35,011 bases of DNA from Bacilli bacterium (lineage in GTDB: Bacteria; Bacillota_I; Bacilli_A; ML615J-28; CAG-313). The translations under genes and the position numbers were made by a program. Under the pieces are notes generated by a model. That model worked only from the letters and a program-made list of their open reading frames with translations. It was not told where the DNA came from and searched no databases. Where the stretch lies: NCBI GenBank assembly GCA_045653225.1, contig JAZOLP010000183.1:1-35011 (forward strand), written 5' to 3'. Below, one piece after another: positions 19,461 to 27,811 of the stretch; within the stretch, counting starts at the first letter, position 1, and each line of letters begins with the position of its first letter.

Positions 19461-21161
19461 ATGGTAAATAAACAAAAAAACTTTTATAGTATTGCTGTTA
19501 TATTCTGTGTTATTGTTTTTGCTGCAATCATTTCTATAATTAGTCTAATAACTAATCCTAATAGTGGTCATGCGACACAGATTGCAACTCCTTTTGAGTT
19601 AAACGAGTCATGGTATGTTGTTGGTGACGATTCAGAAGTTGAATGGGATATGTTGCCTTATTATAATGAATATCGTTTTGAAGAATTCAAACTATATAAC
19701 TATTTACCAAATGATTTAAAAGATAGAAGTTGTATTTATTTAAAAACAAATTATCAATCTATTAAAATTGAAATAGAAGGATATGGAGTTATTTATGATG
19801 AAAAATCTTTTGATAATTTAGTGTTTGGATCTAATGTTAATGTTGTAACTCATTTCATCGAATTAGAACAAGAATATGCTGGTAAGAAAATCATTATTTC
19901 TTCTGATGAAGTTCAAGAATATTTATATCCAACGCTAGAACAGGTTCTTATTGCTGAAAAAGGCGATTTATTGCTAAACTTATTAATGGGAGCTTCAATT
20001 GATTTATTCTTTATTGGTGTAATCATTATTATTGGTTGTTTATTAATTATTTTAGCAATCTTATTAATTAAATATAAATCAGTTAAATATGTTGCGGATT
20101 GTTTCTGTTTAACAATATTTACGTTTATTTTCGCGATATGGATTTTCTCTAATGTTAGTGAATTATATATATTAGTTAATGATAACGCATTCTTCTTCCT
20201 GATATATATTCTCGCACTTTATATGTTGTTGCTACCTATCTATATTTTATTAAGAAATAAATGTACACATTTTATTAAATTATTCGATAGTTTATTTACA
20301 ACAATGGTATGTTTATTATTAAATAATTTAATACTTGCTGGAACTGGTGTGTGGTCACTAACAGAATCAATGATATTACTTCATATTGTAATTGCGATTT
20401 CTTATTCTTTGTGTGTGTTTGCTGTATTTGTTGAATATTTTAAACATAAAAATAGAGATATTTTAGCATATTTAATTTCATCGGTTGTTTTCTTTGTGTG
20501 TATAACATTTACTATTATTGCCTATTACTATCCAAATTTAAAATTAAATATCATTGATTATGATTTCTTCTTAAAATTTGCATTTGTAATATTTGTAATA
20601 TTAAATGGTATTGCATACATTAGACAAGTAATTATTTCTAGTTTAAAAACTAGTGAGTCTGCAATTTATCGTAAACTAGCATTTACTGATTTAATGACTG
20701 GCTTAGATAATAGAAGCTCATTTGATCATGATTTAAACACATTAGCACAAGAAATGTTTGATTATATAAGTATAATTGAATTTGATATTGATGGATTAAA
20801 ATCTGTAAATGATAATTATGGACACTCTGTTGGTGATGAGTTAATCAAAGAAGTTGCTTCTTCAATTAAAGAGATTTTTGGTAAATATAGTAAATGTTAT
20901 AGAATTGGTGGAGATGAATTTATAGTAATCACATTAAATGAAAATTCTACGTTTATTCAAACTTTGATTGATAAATTTAAAGAAGAGATTTCTAATAAGA
21001 TATTATCAAGTGGTTCAAAAATAAATGTATCGATTGGTTCAGCATTTGATGATGGTATTTTAAGTAAATATACTAATCTAACTAATCTGATTAATGTTAC
21101 AGATAGATTGATGTATGAAAATAAAAACATTAATAAAATGAATAATAATTTTGTAGAGTAA
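19461..21161 (+). CDS. membrane-bound diguanylate cyclase (extracellular domain, multi-TM region, GGDEF)
   Basis: TDLMTGLDNR, DIDGLKSVNDNYGHSVGD, RIGGDEF, SIG, ending MYENK; no RxxD I-site. Confidence 0.9.
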   Translation: MVNKQKNFYSIAVIFCVIVFAAIISIISLITNPNSGHATQIATPFELNESWYVVGDDSEVEWDMLPYYNEYRFEEFKLYNYLPNDLKDRSCIYLKTNYQSIKIEIEGYGVIYDEKSFDNLVFGSNVNVVTHFIELEQEYAGKKIIISSDEVQEYLYPTLEQVLIAEKGDLLLNLLMGASIDLFFIGVIIIIGCLLIILAILLIKYKSVKYVADCFCLTIFTFIFAIWIFSNVSELYILVNDNAFFFLIYILALYMLLLPIYILLRNKCTHFIKLFDSLFTTMVCLLLNNLILAGTGVWSLTESMILLHIVIAISYSLCVFAVFVEYFKHKNRDILAYLISSVVFFVCITFTIIAYYYPNLKLNIIDYDFFLKFAFVIFVILNGIAYIRQVIISSLKTSESAIYRKLAFTDLMTGLDNRSSFDHDLNTLAQEMFDYISIIEFDIDGLKSVNDNYGHSVGDELIKEVASSIKEIFGKYSKCYRIGGDEFIVITLNENSTFIQTLIDKFKEEISNKILSSGSKINVSIGSAFDDGILSKYTNLTNLINVTDRLMYENKNINKMNNNFVE

Positions 21162-21184
21162 AGGCTTTTTTACTCTACTTTTTT
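21153..21184 (+). terminator. intrinsic terminator
   Basis: GTAGAGTAAA/TTTACTCTAC stem followed by a T-run. Confidence 0.8.
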
Positions 21185-21264
21185 ATTAAAATTTTGTTAA
21201 TTTTATTGCATATTAAGTGCTAAAAACTTTTTTTTATTATATAATATTAGTACAAAAATATTTA

Positions 21265-21561
21265 AAAACATTGAAAAGAAGAGTAAATAATTAATTTTTT
21301 TATAGAGAGTCTTTGTTGGTGGAAATAAGATATTAAATGATTATTGAACATGGTCTTGGAGTTGGATTGTCGATATTTAGGCTTTCTCGGGTGCTCCCGT
21401 TATAGAGATAGAGTTTACAACTTAAAGTAGAATATTACCACTATTCTTATAACTTTAGGGATTGAACTTGATAAGGGTTAAATCGTGAGGTTTAACTGAA
21501 GAAAGGTGGTAACACGAAGTATATTCGTCCTTTTATTTTAAATAATAAAAGGACTTTTTTT
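21265..21561 (+). promoter_or_regulatory. T-box riboswitch, methionine specifier
   Basis: AGTA, AGAGAG and GGTGGAA stem I motifs; GAAC-ATG specifier (21350-21352); CCCGTTA; T-box AAAGGTGGTAACACG (21502-21516); terminator GTCCTTTTATT/AATAAAAGGAC plus T-run; lies upstream of metNIQ. Confidence 0.92.
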
Positions 21562-21584
21562 ATTAGAAAGGATGGTGTTATTCT

Positions 21585-22562
21585 TTGAGTGATTATCTAT
21601 TAGAAATAAAAAATTTATCAAAGAGTTTCGGAGAACATCGAGTTTTATCTAATATCAACTTAAAAATCAATAAAAAAGATGTTTATGGAATTTTAGGCTT
21701 ATCAGGTGCAGGTAAATCTACTTTAATAAGATGTATAAATGGTCTAGAAAAATTTGATGATGGAGAAATTTTATTTAAAGATAAAATAGTAACATTTGAT
21801 CGTGAATATCGTAAAAATGTTGCGATGATTTTCCAACAATTTAATTTATTAGATCAACGAACAGTTTTAAAAAATGTAGAACTTGCTGGAGAATTATTTA
21901 AAGACTGTAATAGACATGAAAAAGCTATAAAATATTTAAATCTTGTAGGATTGAGTGATAAACTTAATAGTTATCCGTCACAATTATCAGGTGGTCAAAA
22001 ACAAAGAGTTGCAATTGCAAGAGCATTAATGTCAGAACCTGAAATTTTATTATGCGATGAAGCTACTTCAGCACTTGACCCTGATACAACAAATCAAGTA
22101 CTTGCGTTATTAAAAGAACTAAATGAAAAATTAGGACTTACAATTATTATGATTTCACATCAAATGAATGTAATTGAAAAAATTTGTAATAAGGTAGCAA
22201 TTATTGATAATGCGAAAATTGTTGAAAGTGGTGAAACACAAGAGATTTTCTTATATCCAAAAACTGAGATTAGTAAAAAAATTATTTATTCTGGTCATAT
22301 TAATACAAAGAGTGATGATTCTAAATTACTTAAAGTAATATTTAATGGTGAACTTGATATGCCTTTAATTGCAAATATAGTTCAAGATTGTAATATTGTT
22401 TTATCTGTAATTTATGCGGATTCAAAAGTTGTAAATGGGCATGTTTTTGGTCAATTAATATTCAAAATGCCTGCTGATATTAATGATGTTTTAAAACTTC
22501 GTAAATATCTAGAATTAAAGAATATTAACTATAAGGAGGTGGATGCAAGTGAGTTTTTCTGA
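21585..22562 (+). CDS. metN: methionine ABC transporter ATP-binding subunit (TTG start)
   Basis: GLSGAGKS, LSGGQKQR, LCDEATSALDP, C-terminal NIL-like domain; Met T-box upstream. Confidence 0.92.
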   Translation: MSDYLLEIKNLSKSFGEHRVLSNINLKINKKDVYGILGLSGAGKSTLIRCINGLEKFDDGEILFKDKIVTFDREYRKNVAMIFQQFNLLDQRTVLKNVELAGELFKDCNRHEKAIKYLNLVGLSDKLNSYPSQLSGGQKQRVAIARALMSEPEILLCDEATSALDPDTTNQVLALLKELNEKLGLTIIMISHQMNVIEKICNKVAIIDNAKIVESGETQEIFLYPKTEISKKIIYSGHINTKSDDSKLLKVIFNGELDMPLIANIVQDCNIVLSVIYADSKVVNGHVFGQLIFKMPADINDVLKLRKYLELKNINYKEVDASEFF

Positions 22563-23217
22563 GATTTTTAAAATGGTTTTAGAAACTCTAGGAATGACAT
22601 TTATTTCATGTACACTTGCATATATATTTGGCCTTCCAATGGGTATTTTATTAAATGTAACTTCGAAAAAAGGAATTATGCCATGCAAATGGCTCAACAC
22701 AATCTTAAGTTTAATTATTAATATTTTAAGATCAATTCCATGTTTAATTATTGTTGTATTATTAATGCAAACAGTTCGTGATATTTTTGGTAGAGCCGTT
22801 GGAGAATGGTATACAATTATTATTCCATTATTTGCAACTTCATTTGGATTTGTTTCTAGAATGGTAGAACAATCTTTATCAGAAGTTGATAATGGTAAAA
22901 TTGAAGCTATCGTTTCACTTGGTGCTACAAAATTCCAAATTATTACAAAAGTGCTTTTACCAGAAACTAAGGCTTCATTAATTTCTGGTCTTGCTGTAAC
23001 TTTAGTTTCTATACTAGGTTACACATCATTCGCATATAATATTGGTGCGGGTGGATTAATTGCTGGTATATGGTCATTCTATTCAAAGAATACCGGTAAT
23101 TATTTAAGTGAACCATTCTTCTGGATTATGATTATTATTGTTATTTTAATTGTTCAAGGTATCCAAGAATTAGGTTTGTTAATTTCGAAAAAATTAGATA
23201 AAAGGAGAATATTATAA
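22549..23217 (+). CDS. metI: methionine ABC transporter permease (probable GTG start)
   Basis: ETL.M, NILRSIP, EA..SLGA, LLPE, GAGGL motifs; AAGGAGGT is 8 nt before GTG 22549. Confidence 0.9.
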   Translation: MSFSEIFKMVLETLGMTFISCTLAYIFGLPMGILLNVTSKKGIMPCKWLNTILSLIINILRSIPCLIIVVLLMQTVRDIFGRAVGEWYTIIIPLFATSFGFVSRMVEQSLSEVDNGKIEAIVSLGATKFQIITKVLLPETKASLISGLAVTLVSILGYTSFAYNIGAGGLIAGIWSFYSKNTGNYLSEPFFWIMIIIVILIVQGIQELGLLISKKLDKRRIL

Positions 23218-24050
23218 TGAAAAAAAGAATATTAAGTTTAATTGCAATATTAATTTTATGTTTAACTGTAGGTCTTACAGGTTGTAAAAAGGATGAAAAA
23301 ACAATTTATGTTTGTGCAAGTGAATTACCACATGCTGATATTTTGGAAAATGCTGTTGCTCCAATTTTAAAAGAACAAGGATATACTTTAAAAGTTACAG
23401 TTATTGACTGGACAATTCAAAATAATGCTGTTGCAAATAAAGATTATGATGCAAACTATTTCCAACATGTTCCTTACCTAGAATTATATGAAGGTGATAT
23501 TAAATTATTTGCTACATGTAAAGTTCACTATGAACCTCTTGGAATTTATAGAGGAAAAGCTACTGGCGAATTAACTGAAGGTAAAACATTTGCTATTTGT
23601 AACGATGAATCAAACGCTATTAGAGCTTTAGAATTATTAAAAGATAAAGGTGTTATTGAAACTCTTCCTGTTGATGCTGAAGGTAAATTAACAATCACTG
23701 GTTCTAATTGGACTGCTGAAAATGGTGTAACTGTTACTTTAGTTGCTGAAGAATTATTAGCTGCTTCAATGCCTGATTTCGATTTCGTATGTCTTCCTTG
23801 TAATACAGCTTTAACTGGTAATGTTGATGCTTCATTAAAAGTTGCTAAAGAAGATAATGCTGAATTAGTTGCTGCTAAAGCAAATATAATTGCAGCAAGA
23901 GTAGAAGATTATAAAAATGATGCTGAATATAAGGCAAAAATTGATGCTTTAACTGAAGCTGTTCTTTCAAAAGCTGTATCAGATTACGTAAATCAAAAAT
24001 ATAGTGGTGCTATTACTTGTGATAGTAGCTCACAAATTGATTTAAGATAA
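23217..24050 (+). CDS. metQ: methionine ABC transporter substrate-binding lipoprotein (NlpA family)
   Basis: LTGC lipobox, PHADIL, DANYFQHVPYL, VHYEPLGIY, ND.SN..RAL. Confidence 0.92.
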   Translation: MKKRILSLIAILILCLTVGLTGCKKDEKTIYVCASELPHADILENAVAPILKEQGYTLKVTVIDWTIQNNAVANKDYDANYFQHVPYLELYEGDIKLFATCKVHYEPLGIYRGKATGELTEGKTFAICNDESNAIRALELLKDKGVIETLPVDAEGKLTITGSNWTAENGVTVTLVAEELLAASMPDFDFVCLPCNTALTGNVDASLKVAKEDNAELVAAKANIIAARVEDYKNDAEYKAKIDALTEAVLSKAVSDYVNQKYSGAITCDSSSQIDLR

Positions 24051-24071
24051 TTAAGAAAGAAATCGTTTTCA

Positions 24072-24123
24072 TTTGCATATTAATTTACACATATTGCAAA
24101 TTAATATATACTATTGGTATAAA
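24072..24123 (+). promoter_or_regulatory. promoter overlapped by tandem ARG-box-like operators
   Basis: TGCATATTAATTTA (24074-24087) and TGCAAATTAATATA (24095-24108) are 21 bp apart; TTTACA-17 bp-TATACT (24084-24112); alternative TGGTATAAA (24115-24123). Confidence 0.6.
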
Positions 24124-24124
24124 T

Positions 24125-24286
24125 AAACATTTGGAAAAGATAGGATTTATTCCTTGATTATAATTATGCGATTAGCTTTTAATTTTCACATAATTATAAG
24201 CTAGTTGCAAAGTAAGGCTTATAGTTTAAGCTTGAAAGTATGTATGCTGCACCTAGAAAAAGGAATATCTTTTTCTAGGTGTTTTT
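24125..24286 (+). ncRNA. unassigned structured 5' leader / candidate attenuator
   Basis: several hairpins, an AGTA/GAA internal loop, and a 13-bp terminator stem plus T5 ending 3 nt before the RBS. Confidence 0.5.
24250..24286 (+). terminator. terminator-like hairpin directly upstream of the RBS of the amino-acid ABC operon
   Basis: CACCTAGAAAAAG/CTTTTTCTAGGTG followed by TTTTT; AGGAGG at 24290. Confidence 0.75.
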
Positions 24287-24304
24287 AATAGGAGGTTTAA
24301 AATT

Positions 24305-25153
24305 ATGAAAAAATTATTTGTTTGTCTTGTTTGTGTGATCGCTGCTTTATGTGTTGCTTCATGTAATACAACTAGCAAAGATGTAGTTAAAGTTATCGAT
24401 ATTAAATTAACAGATGAAGAGTACGCATTTGCTGTTAAAAAAGGAAACACTGAATTATTAAATGATTTTAATGCATTCTTAGCTGAAATTCAAGCTAATG
24501 GAAAATTCGATGAAGTTGTTGCAAAATACTTCGAAAACAAAGGAACTAAAGTAGGCGTTGAAATTTCTATCGATAGCGTTGCTAATACTGAAGAAAAATT
24601 TGTAGTTGCTACTAACTGTCCTTTTGAACCATTCGAATACATTGGTGATGATGGTAAAGCTTATGGTATTGACCTTGAAATTGCTGCATTATATGCTGAA
24701 GCTAAAGGTTTAGAATTAGTAGTTAAAAATATTGCTTTTGATGCAATTTTAAATGATGTTAATGCAGGTTACTCTGATATGGGTATGGCAGGTATGACAG
24801 TTAATGAAGATCGTTTAGTATCAAATGATTTCACAACTGCTTACTATCAAGCTTCTCAAAAAATCATTGTAGCAGCTGATAATACAGATTTCGATAACTG
24901 TAAAACTGCTGAAGATGTTGAAAATGTAATTAAAGCTTTATCAGGTAAAAAGATTGGTTACCAAACTGGTACAACTGGAAACTGGTATGTAGCTGGTGAT
25001 GCTGACTGGGGATTTGATGGATTTGCTAATGTTGAAGCTAAAGGTTATAGTACAGCTCAACTTGCTATTCAAGATTTAATTAATGGTCAAATCTATGCAG
25101 TAGTAGTAGATGAAGCACCTGGTGCTGCAATGGTTAAAGCATTCAATAAATAA
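24305..25153 (+). CDS. polar amino-acid ABC transporter substrate-binding lipoprotein (family 3), circularly permuted; substrate possibly arginine
   Basis: VASC lipobox; TNCPFEPFEY, GIDLEIA, FDAIL, AGMTVNEDR, QTGTTG, VVVDE; the normally C-terminal EEYAFAVKKGN...KYF block comes first. Confidence 0.88.
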   Translation: MKKLFVCLVCVIAALCVASCNTTSKDVVKVIDIKLTDEEYAFAVKKGNTELLNDFNAFLAEIQANGKFDEVVAKYFENKGTKVGVEISIDSVANTEEKFVVATNCPFEPFEYIGDDGKAYGIDLEIAALYAEAKGLELVVKNIAFDAILNDVNAGYSDMGMAGMTVNEDRLVSNDFTTAYYQASQKIIVAADNTDFDNCKTAEDVENVIKALSGKKIGYQTGTTGNWYVAGDADWGFDGFANVEAKGYSTAQLAIQDLINGQIYAVVVDEAPGAAMVKAFNK

Positions 25154-25857
25154 TGGGTAAAAAGTTTCAAGTTTTTCTTGACGCTTTACAAAAAGAATAT
25201 TTCCAAAAATTACTTTTAACAGGTTTTAGAAACACAATTCTAATTGCTGTTTTAGGTTTATTAATTGGTATAATTTTAGGTACGATAATAGCGATGGTAA
25301 AAGTTGCTCCTAAATATAAATGGTACATGAAAGTTTTAAATGCTATCTGTAACGTTTATGTTGAGTTCTTTAGAGGAACTCCAATGACTGTGCAACTATT
25401 ACTAGCGTACTATGTTATCGTACCTTTAATTGGGCTTAAAGGTGTTGAAGCGTTAAATGTCGGTATAATTGTATTTGGATTAAATAGTGCTGCTTATGTA
25501 TCTGAGATTATGAGAGGCGGAATTAACTCAGTAGATTCTGGTCAGTTTACAGCTGGAAGAGCACTTGGTTTAAGTTATCCAATAACAATGATTAAAATAG
25601 TAATTCCGCAAGCAATTAAAAATATTTTACCTACACTTGGTAATGAATTTATTACTTTAATTAAAGAAACATCAGTTGTAAGTTTTATCACTGTAGCTGA
25701 TTTATATAATGCATTCTATAGTATTAGTTTAAGTACTCATGATACAATTATTGCGTATCTTGCAATGGCATTAATTTATCTTGGTCTAGTATTACTAATT
25801 ACTTTATTAATTAAAGTATTAGAAAGGAGTTTAGGCAAGAGTGATCGACGTAATTAA
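25153..25857 (+). CDS. polar amino-acid ABC transporter permease
   Basis: [37 protein letters not shown]. Confidence 0.92.
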   Translation: MGKKFQVFLDALQKEYFQKLLLTGFRNTILIAVLGLLIGIILGTIIAMVKVAPKYKWYMKVLNAICNVYVEFFRGTPMTVQLLLAYYVIVPLIGLKGVEALNVGIIVFGLNSAAYVSEIMRGGINSVDSGQFTAGRALGLSYPITMIKIVIPQAIKNILPTLGNEFITLIKETSVVSFITVADLYNAFYSISLSTHDTIIAYLAMALIYLGLVLLITLLIKVLERSLGKSDRRN

Positions 25858-26608
25858 TTTAAAGAAAAGTTTCGGTGATTTACATGTTTTGCGTGGTGTT
25901 AATTTATCAGTAAAAGATGGAGAAAAAGTTTGTGTGATTGGTCCTTCAGGAAGTGGTAAATCAACTTTACTGTATTGTTTAAACTGCTTAACAGATCCAA
26001 CAAGTGGTGAAATCATTTATGAAGGTAAAGATATTACTAATTTCAAAGTAAATATCAATGAAGTAAGAGAATCTATTGGAATGGTTTTCCAACAATTTAA
26101 TTTATTTAAACACAAAACTGTTTTAGAAAATATTATATTAGCTCCTGTTCATATTCAAACAAGATACTTAAGAAAAGGTATTAAAGACTTTGGTAATTCT
26201 AAAAAAGATATAATTGAAAATAATAAAAAATATGCGATGGAGTTATTAGAGAAAATTGGTCTTGCTGATAAAGCAAATGCATATCCTTCTACTTTATCTG
26301 GTGGACAACAACAAAGAATTGCAATTGTAAGAACATTAGCTATGAAACCTAAACTAATTTTATTTGATGAACCAACAAGTGCATTAGACCCAGAAATGGT
26401 AAAAGAAGTTTTAGATTTAATAAAAGAAATTGCAAAAGGTAATATTACAATGATTATTGTAACTCATGAAATGGGCTTTGCAAGAGAAGTTGCAGATAGA
26501 GTTATTTTCATGGATGAAGGTGTTGTACTTGAAGAAGGTACTCCAGAACAAATTTTTGATAACCCACAAAAACCAAGAACAAAAGAATTTTTAAGTAAAG
26601 TTTTATAA
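25841..26608 (+). CDS. polar amino-acid ABC transporter ATP-binding protein (GlnQ/ArtR-like, GTG start)
   Basis: [44 protein letters not shown]. Confidence 0.93.
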   Translation: MIDVINLKKSFGDLHVLRGVNLSVKDGEKVCVIGPSGSGKSTLLYCLNCLTDPTSGEIIYEGKDITNFKVNINEVRESIGMVFQQFNLFKHKTVLENIILAPVHIQTRYLRKGIKDFGNSKKDIIENNKKYAMELLEKIGLADKANAYPSTLSGGQQQRIAIVRTLAMKPKLILFDEPTSALDPEMVKEVLDLIKEIAKGNITMIIVTHEMGFAREVADRVIFMDEGVVLEEGTPEQIFDNPQKPRTKEFLSKVL

Positions 26609-26681
26609 AATAAAATAGTATTTATGAACAAAATATTCTAAAATATGATAAAATATTAAGTAGAGTATTGGAGGATTTTAT

Positions 26682-27161
26682 ATGATTCATATGATGATAG
26701 GAATTCAAGGAGCAGGTAAAACTACTTTTGCAAAACAATTAGCTAAAGAAATTAAAGCTAAGATTATTTCAACTGATAGTGTAAGAGTTAACATGCCTGG
26801 AATAAAAGAAGAACTAGTTTGGCCTTATGTGTATAAGCAAGTTGCACTTGCGGTTCAAGAAGACAAAGAAGTAATCTTTGATGCAACTAGCATTACACCA
26901 AGAGTTAGAAAACGTTTTATTGATGAAGTTGAAAAATATGGTGTTAAGTGTGTAATTAGTGCTTATTATTTTGATGTTGATCGTGATGTTTGTATTCAAA
27001 GAGTAGCACAACGTAATAAGGATCGTACACAAATTAATATTCCAATTGAAGTTGTATATTCATTTAGTGATAAAATAGTACCTCCAACATTAGAAGAAGG
27101 ATTTAAGTACATTAAAATTGTTAAAGACGGCAAAATTGTTGAAGTAATTGGCGATGAATAA
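26682..27161 (+). CDS. small P-loop kinase (AAA_33 / polynucleotide-kinase-like)
   Basis: GIQGAGKT, ISTDSVR, FDAT...R, RxxxR lid (QRVAQR), PPT..EGF. Confidence 0.8.
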   Translation: MIHMMIGIQGAGKTTFAKQLAKEIKAKIISTDSVRVNMPGIKEELVWPYVYKQVALAVQEDKEVIFDATSITPRVRKRFIDEVEKYGVKCVISAYYFDVDRDVCIQRVAQRNKDRTQINIPIEVVYSFSDKIVPPTLEEGFKYIKIVKDGKIVEVIGDE

Positions 27162-27771
27162 AATAATAGATTTTGTAAAACAAGAATTAGCACATGACCA
27201 TTCTGGACACAATTTTCAACATATTGAAAGAGTTGTTAACACCGCAAAATATTTAATAAAGTATGAAGGCGGGAACGAAAAGATTATTTTAACTGCTTGT
27301 TACTTACATGATATTGTTGATACAAAGTTATTTAAAAATATCGAAAAACAAAAAGAAAAAATAACTAATTTATTAATATCTGAACATTATTTACCTACTG
27401 AAATAGAAGAAATTTTAGAAATTATTGATAATATTTCTTTCAGTAAAGGTAATATTAATGAATGTAATAATTTAAATCTTGAAATTGCAAGAGATGCAGA
27501 CCGAATAGATGCTATTGGAGCAATTGGGATTATTAGAACAATTGAATATGGTTCGTCAAAACAAAGAGACTTTTATGAAGAACTTAATTTAAAAAGAACT
27601 ACTAATGAAGTTTCATTTAATGAATCAACTAATACATCTTTATCTCACTTCTATGATAAACTATTAAAGTTAAAAGATTATATGCATACTTATACTGGAA
27701 AACAACTTGCAGAGAAAAGGCATAATTTTTTAATTACATTTTTAGAAGAATTTTATTCAGAAATTAAATAA
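27154..27771 (+). CDS. HD-domain phosphohydrolase (YpgQ/YedJ-like)
   Basis: SGH...HIERV, LHD, DADRIDAIGAIG..R, HFYDKLL.LKD; ATG overlaps the end of the kinase gene. Confidence 0.88.
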   Translation: MNKIIDFVKQELAHDHSGHNFQHIERVVNTAKYLIKYEGGNEKIILTACYLHDIVDTKLFKNIEKQKEKITNLLISEHYLPTEIEEILEIIDNISFSKGNINECNNLNLEIARDADRIDAIGAIGIIRTIEYGSSKQRDFYEELNLKRTTNEVSFNESTNTSLSHFYDKLLKLKDYMHTYTGKQLAEKRHNFLITFLEEFYSEIK

Positions 27772-27795
27772 ACCAACATTAATGTGTTGGTTTTT
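27770..27795 (+). terminator. probable intrinsic terminator
   Basis: AACCAACA/TGTTGGTT stem with T-run. Confidence 0.65.
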
Positions 27796-27811
27796 ATTAT
27801 AAGGAGAAAAA

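Noticed and set aside
24166-24204. 12-codon mini-ORF MRLAFNFHIIIS as a leader peptide
   Set aside because: No SD and no run of regulatory codons (one Arg only); not excluded but unsupported
24200-24250. Resemblance to c-di-GMP-I/II or lysine riboswitch fragments (GCAAAG, GCTAGT, AGTA...GAAAG)
   Set aside because: The remaining conserved cores and helices of those aptamers are missing
24125-24284. The leader considered as a MITE with terminal inverted repeats
   Set aside because: The mismatches are G-U compatible only on the + strand, there is no clear target duplication and there is no second copy in the window
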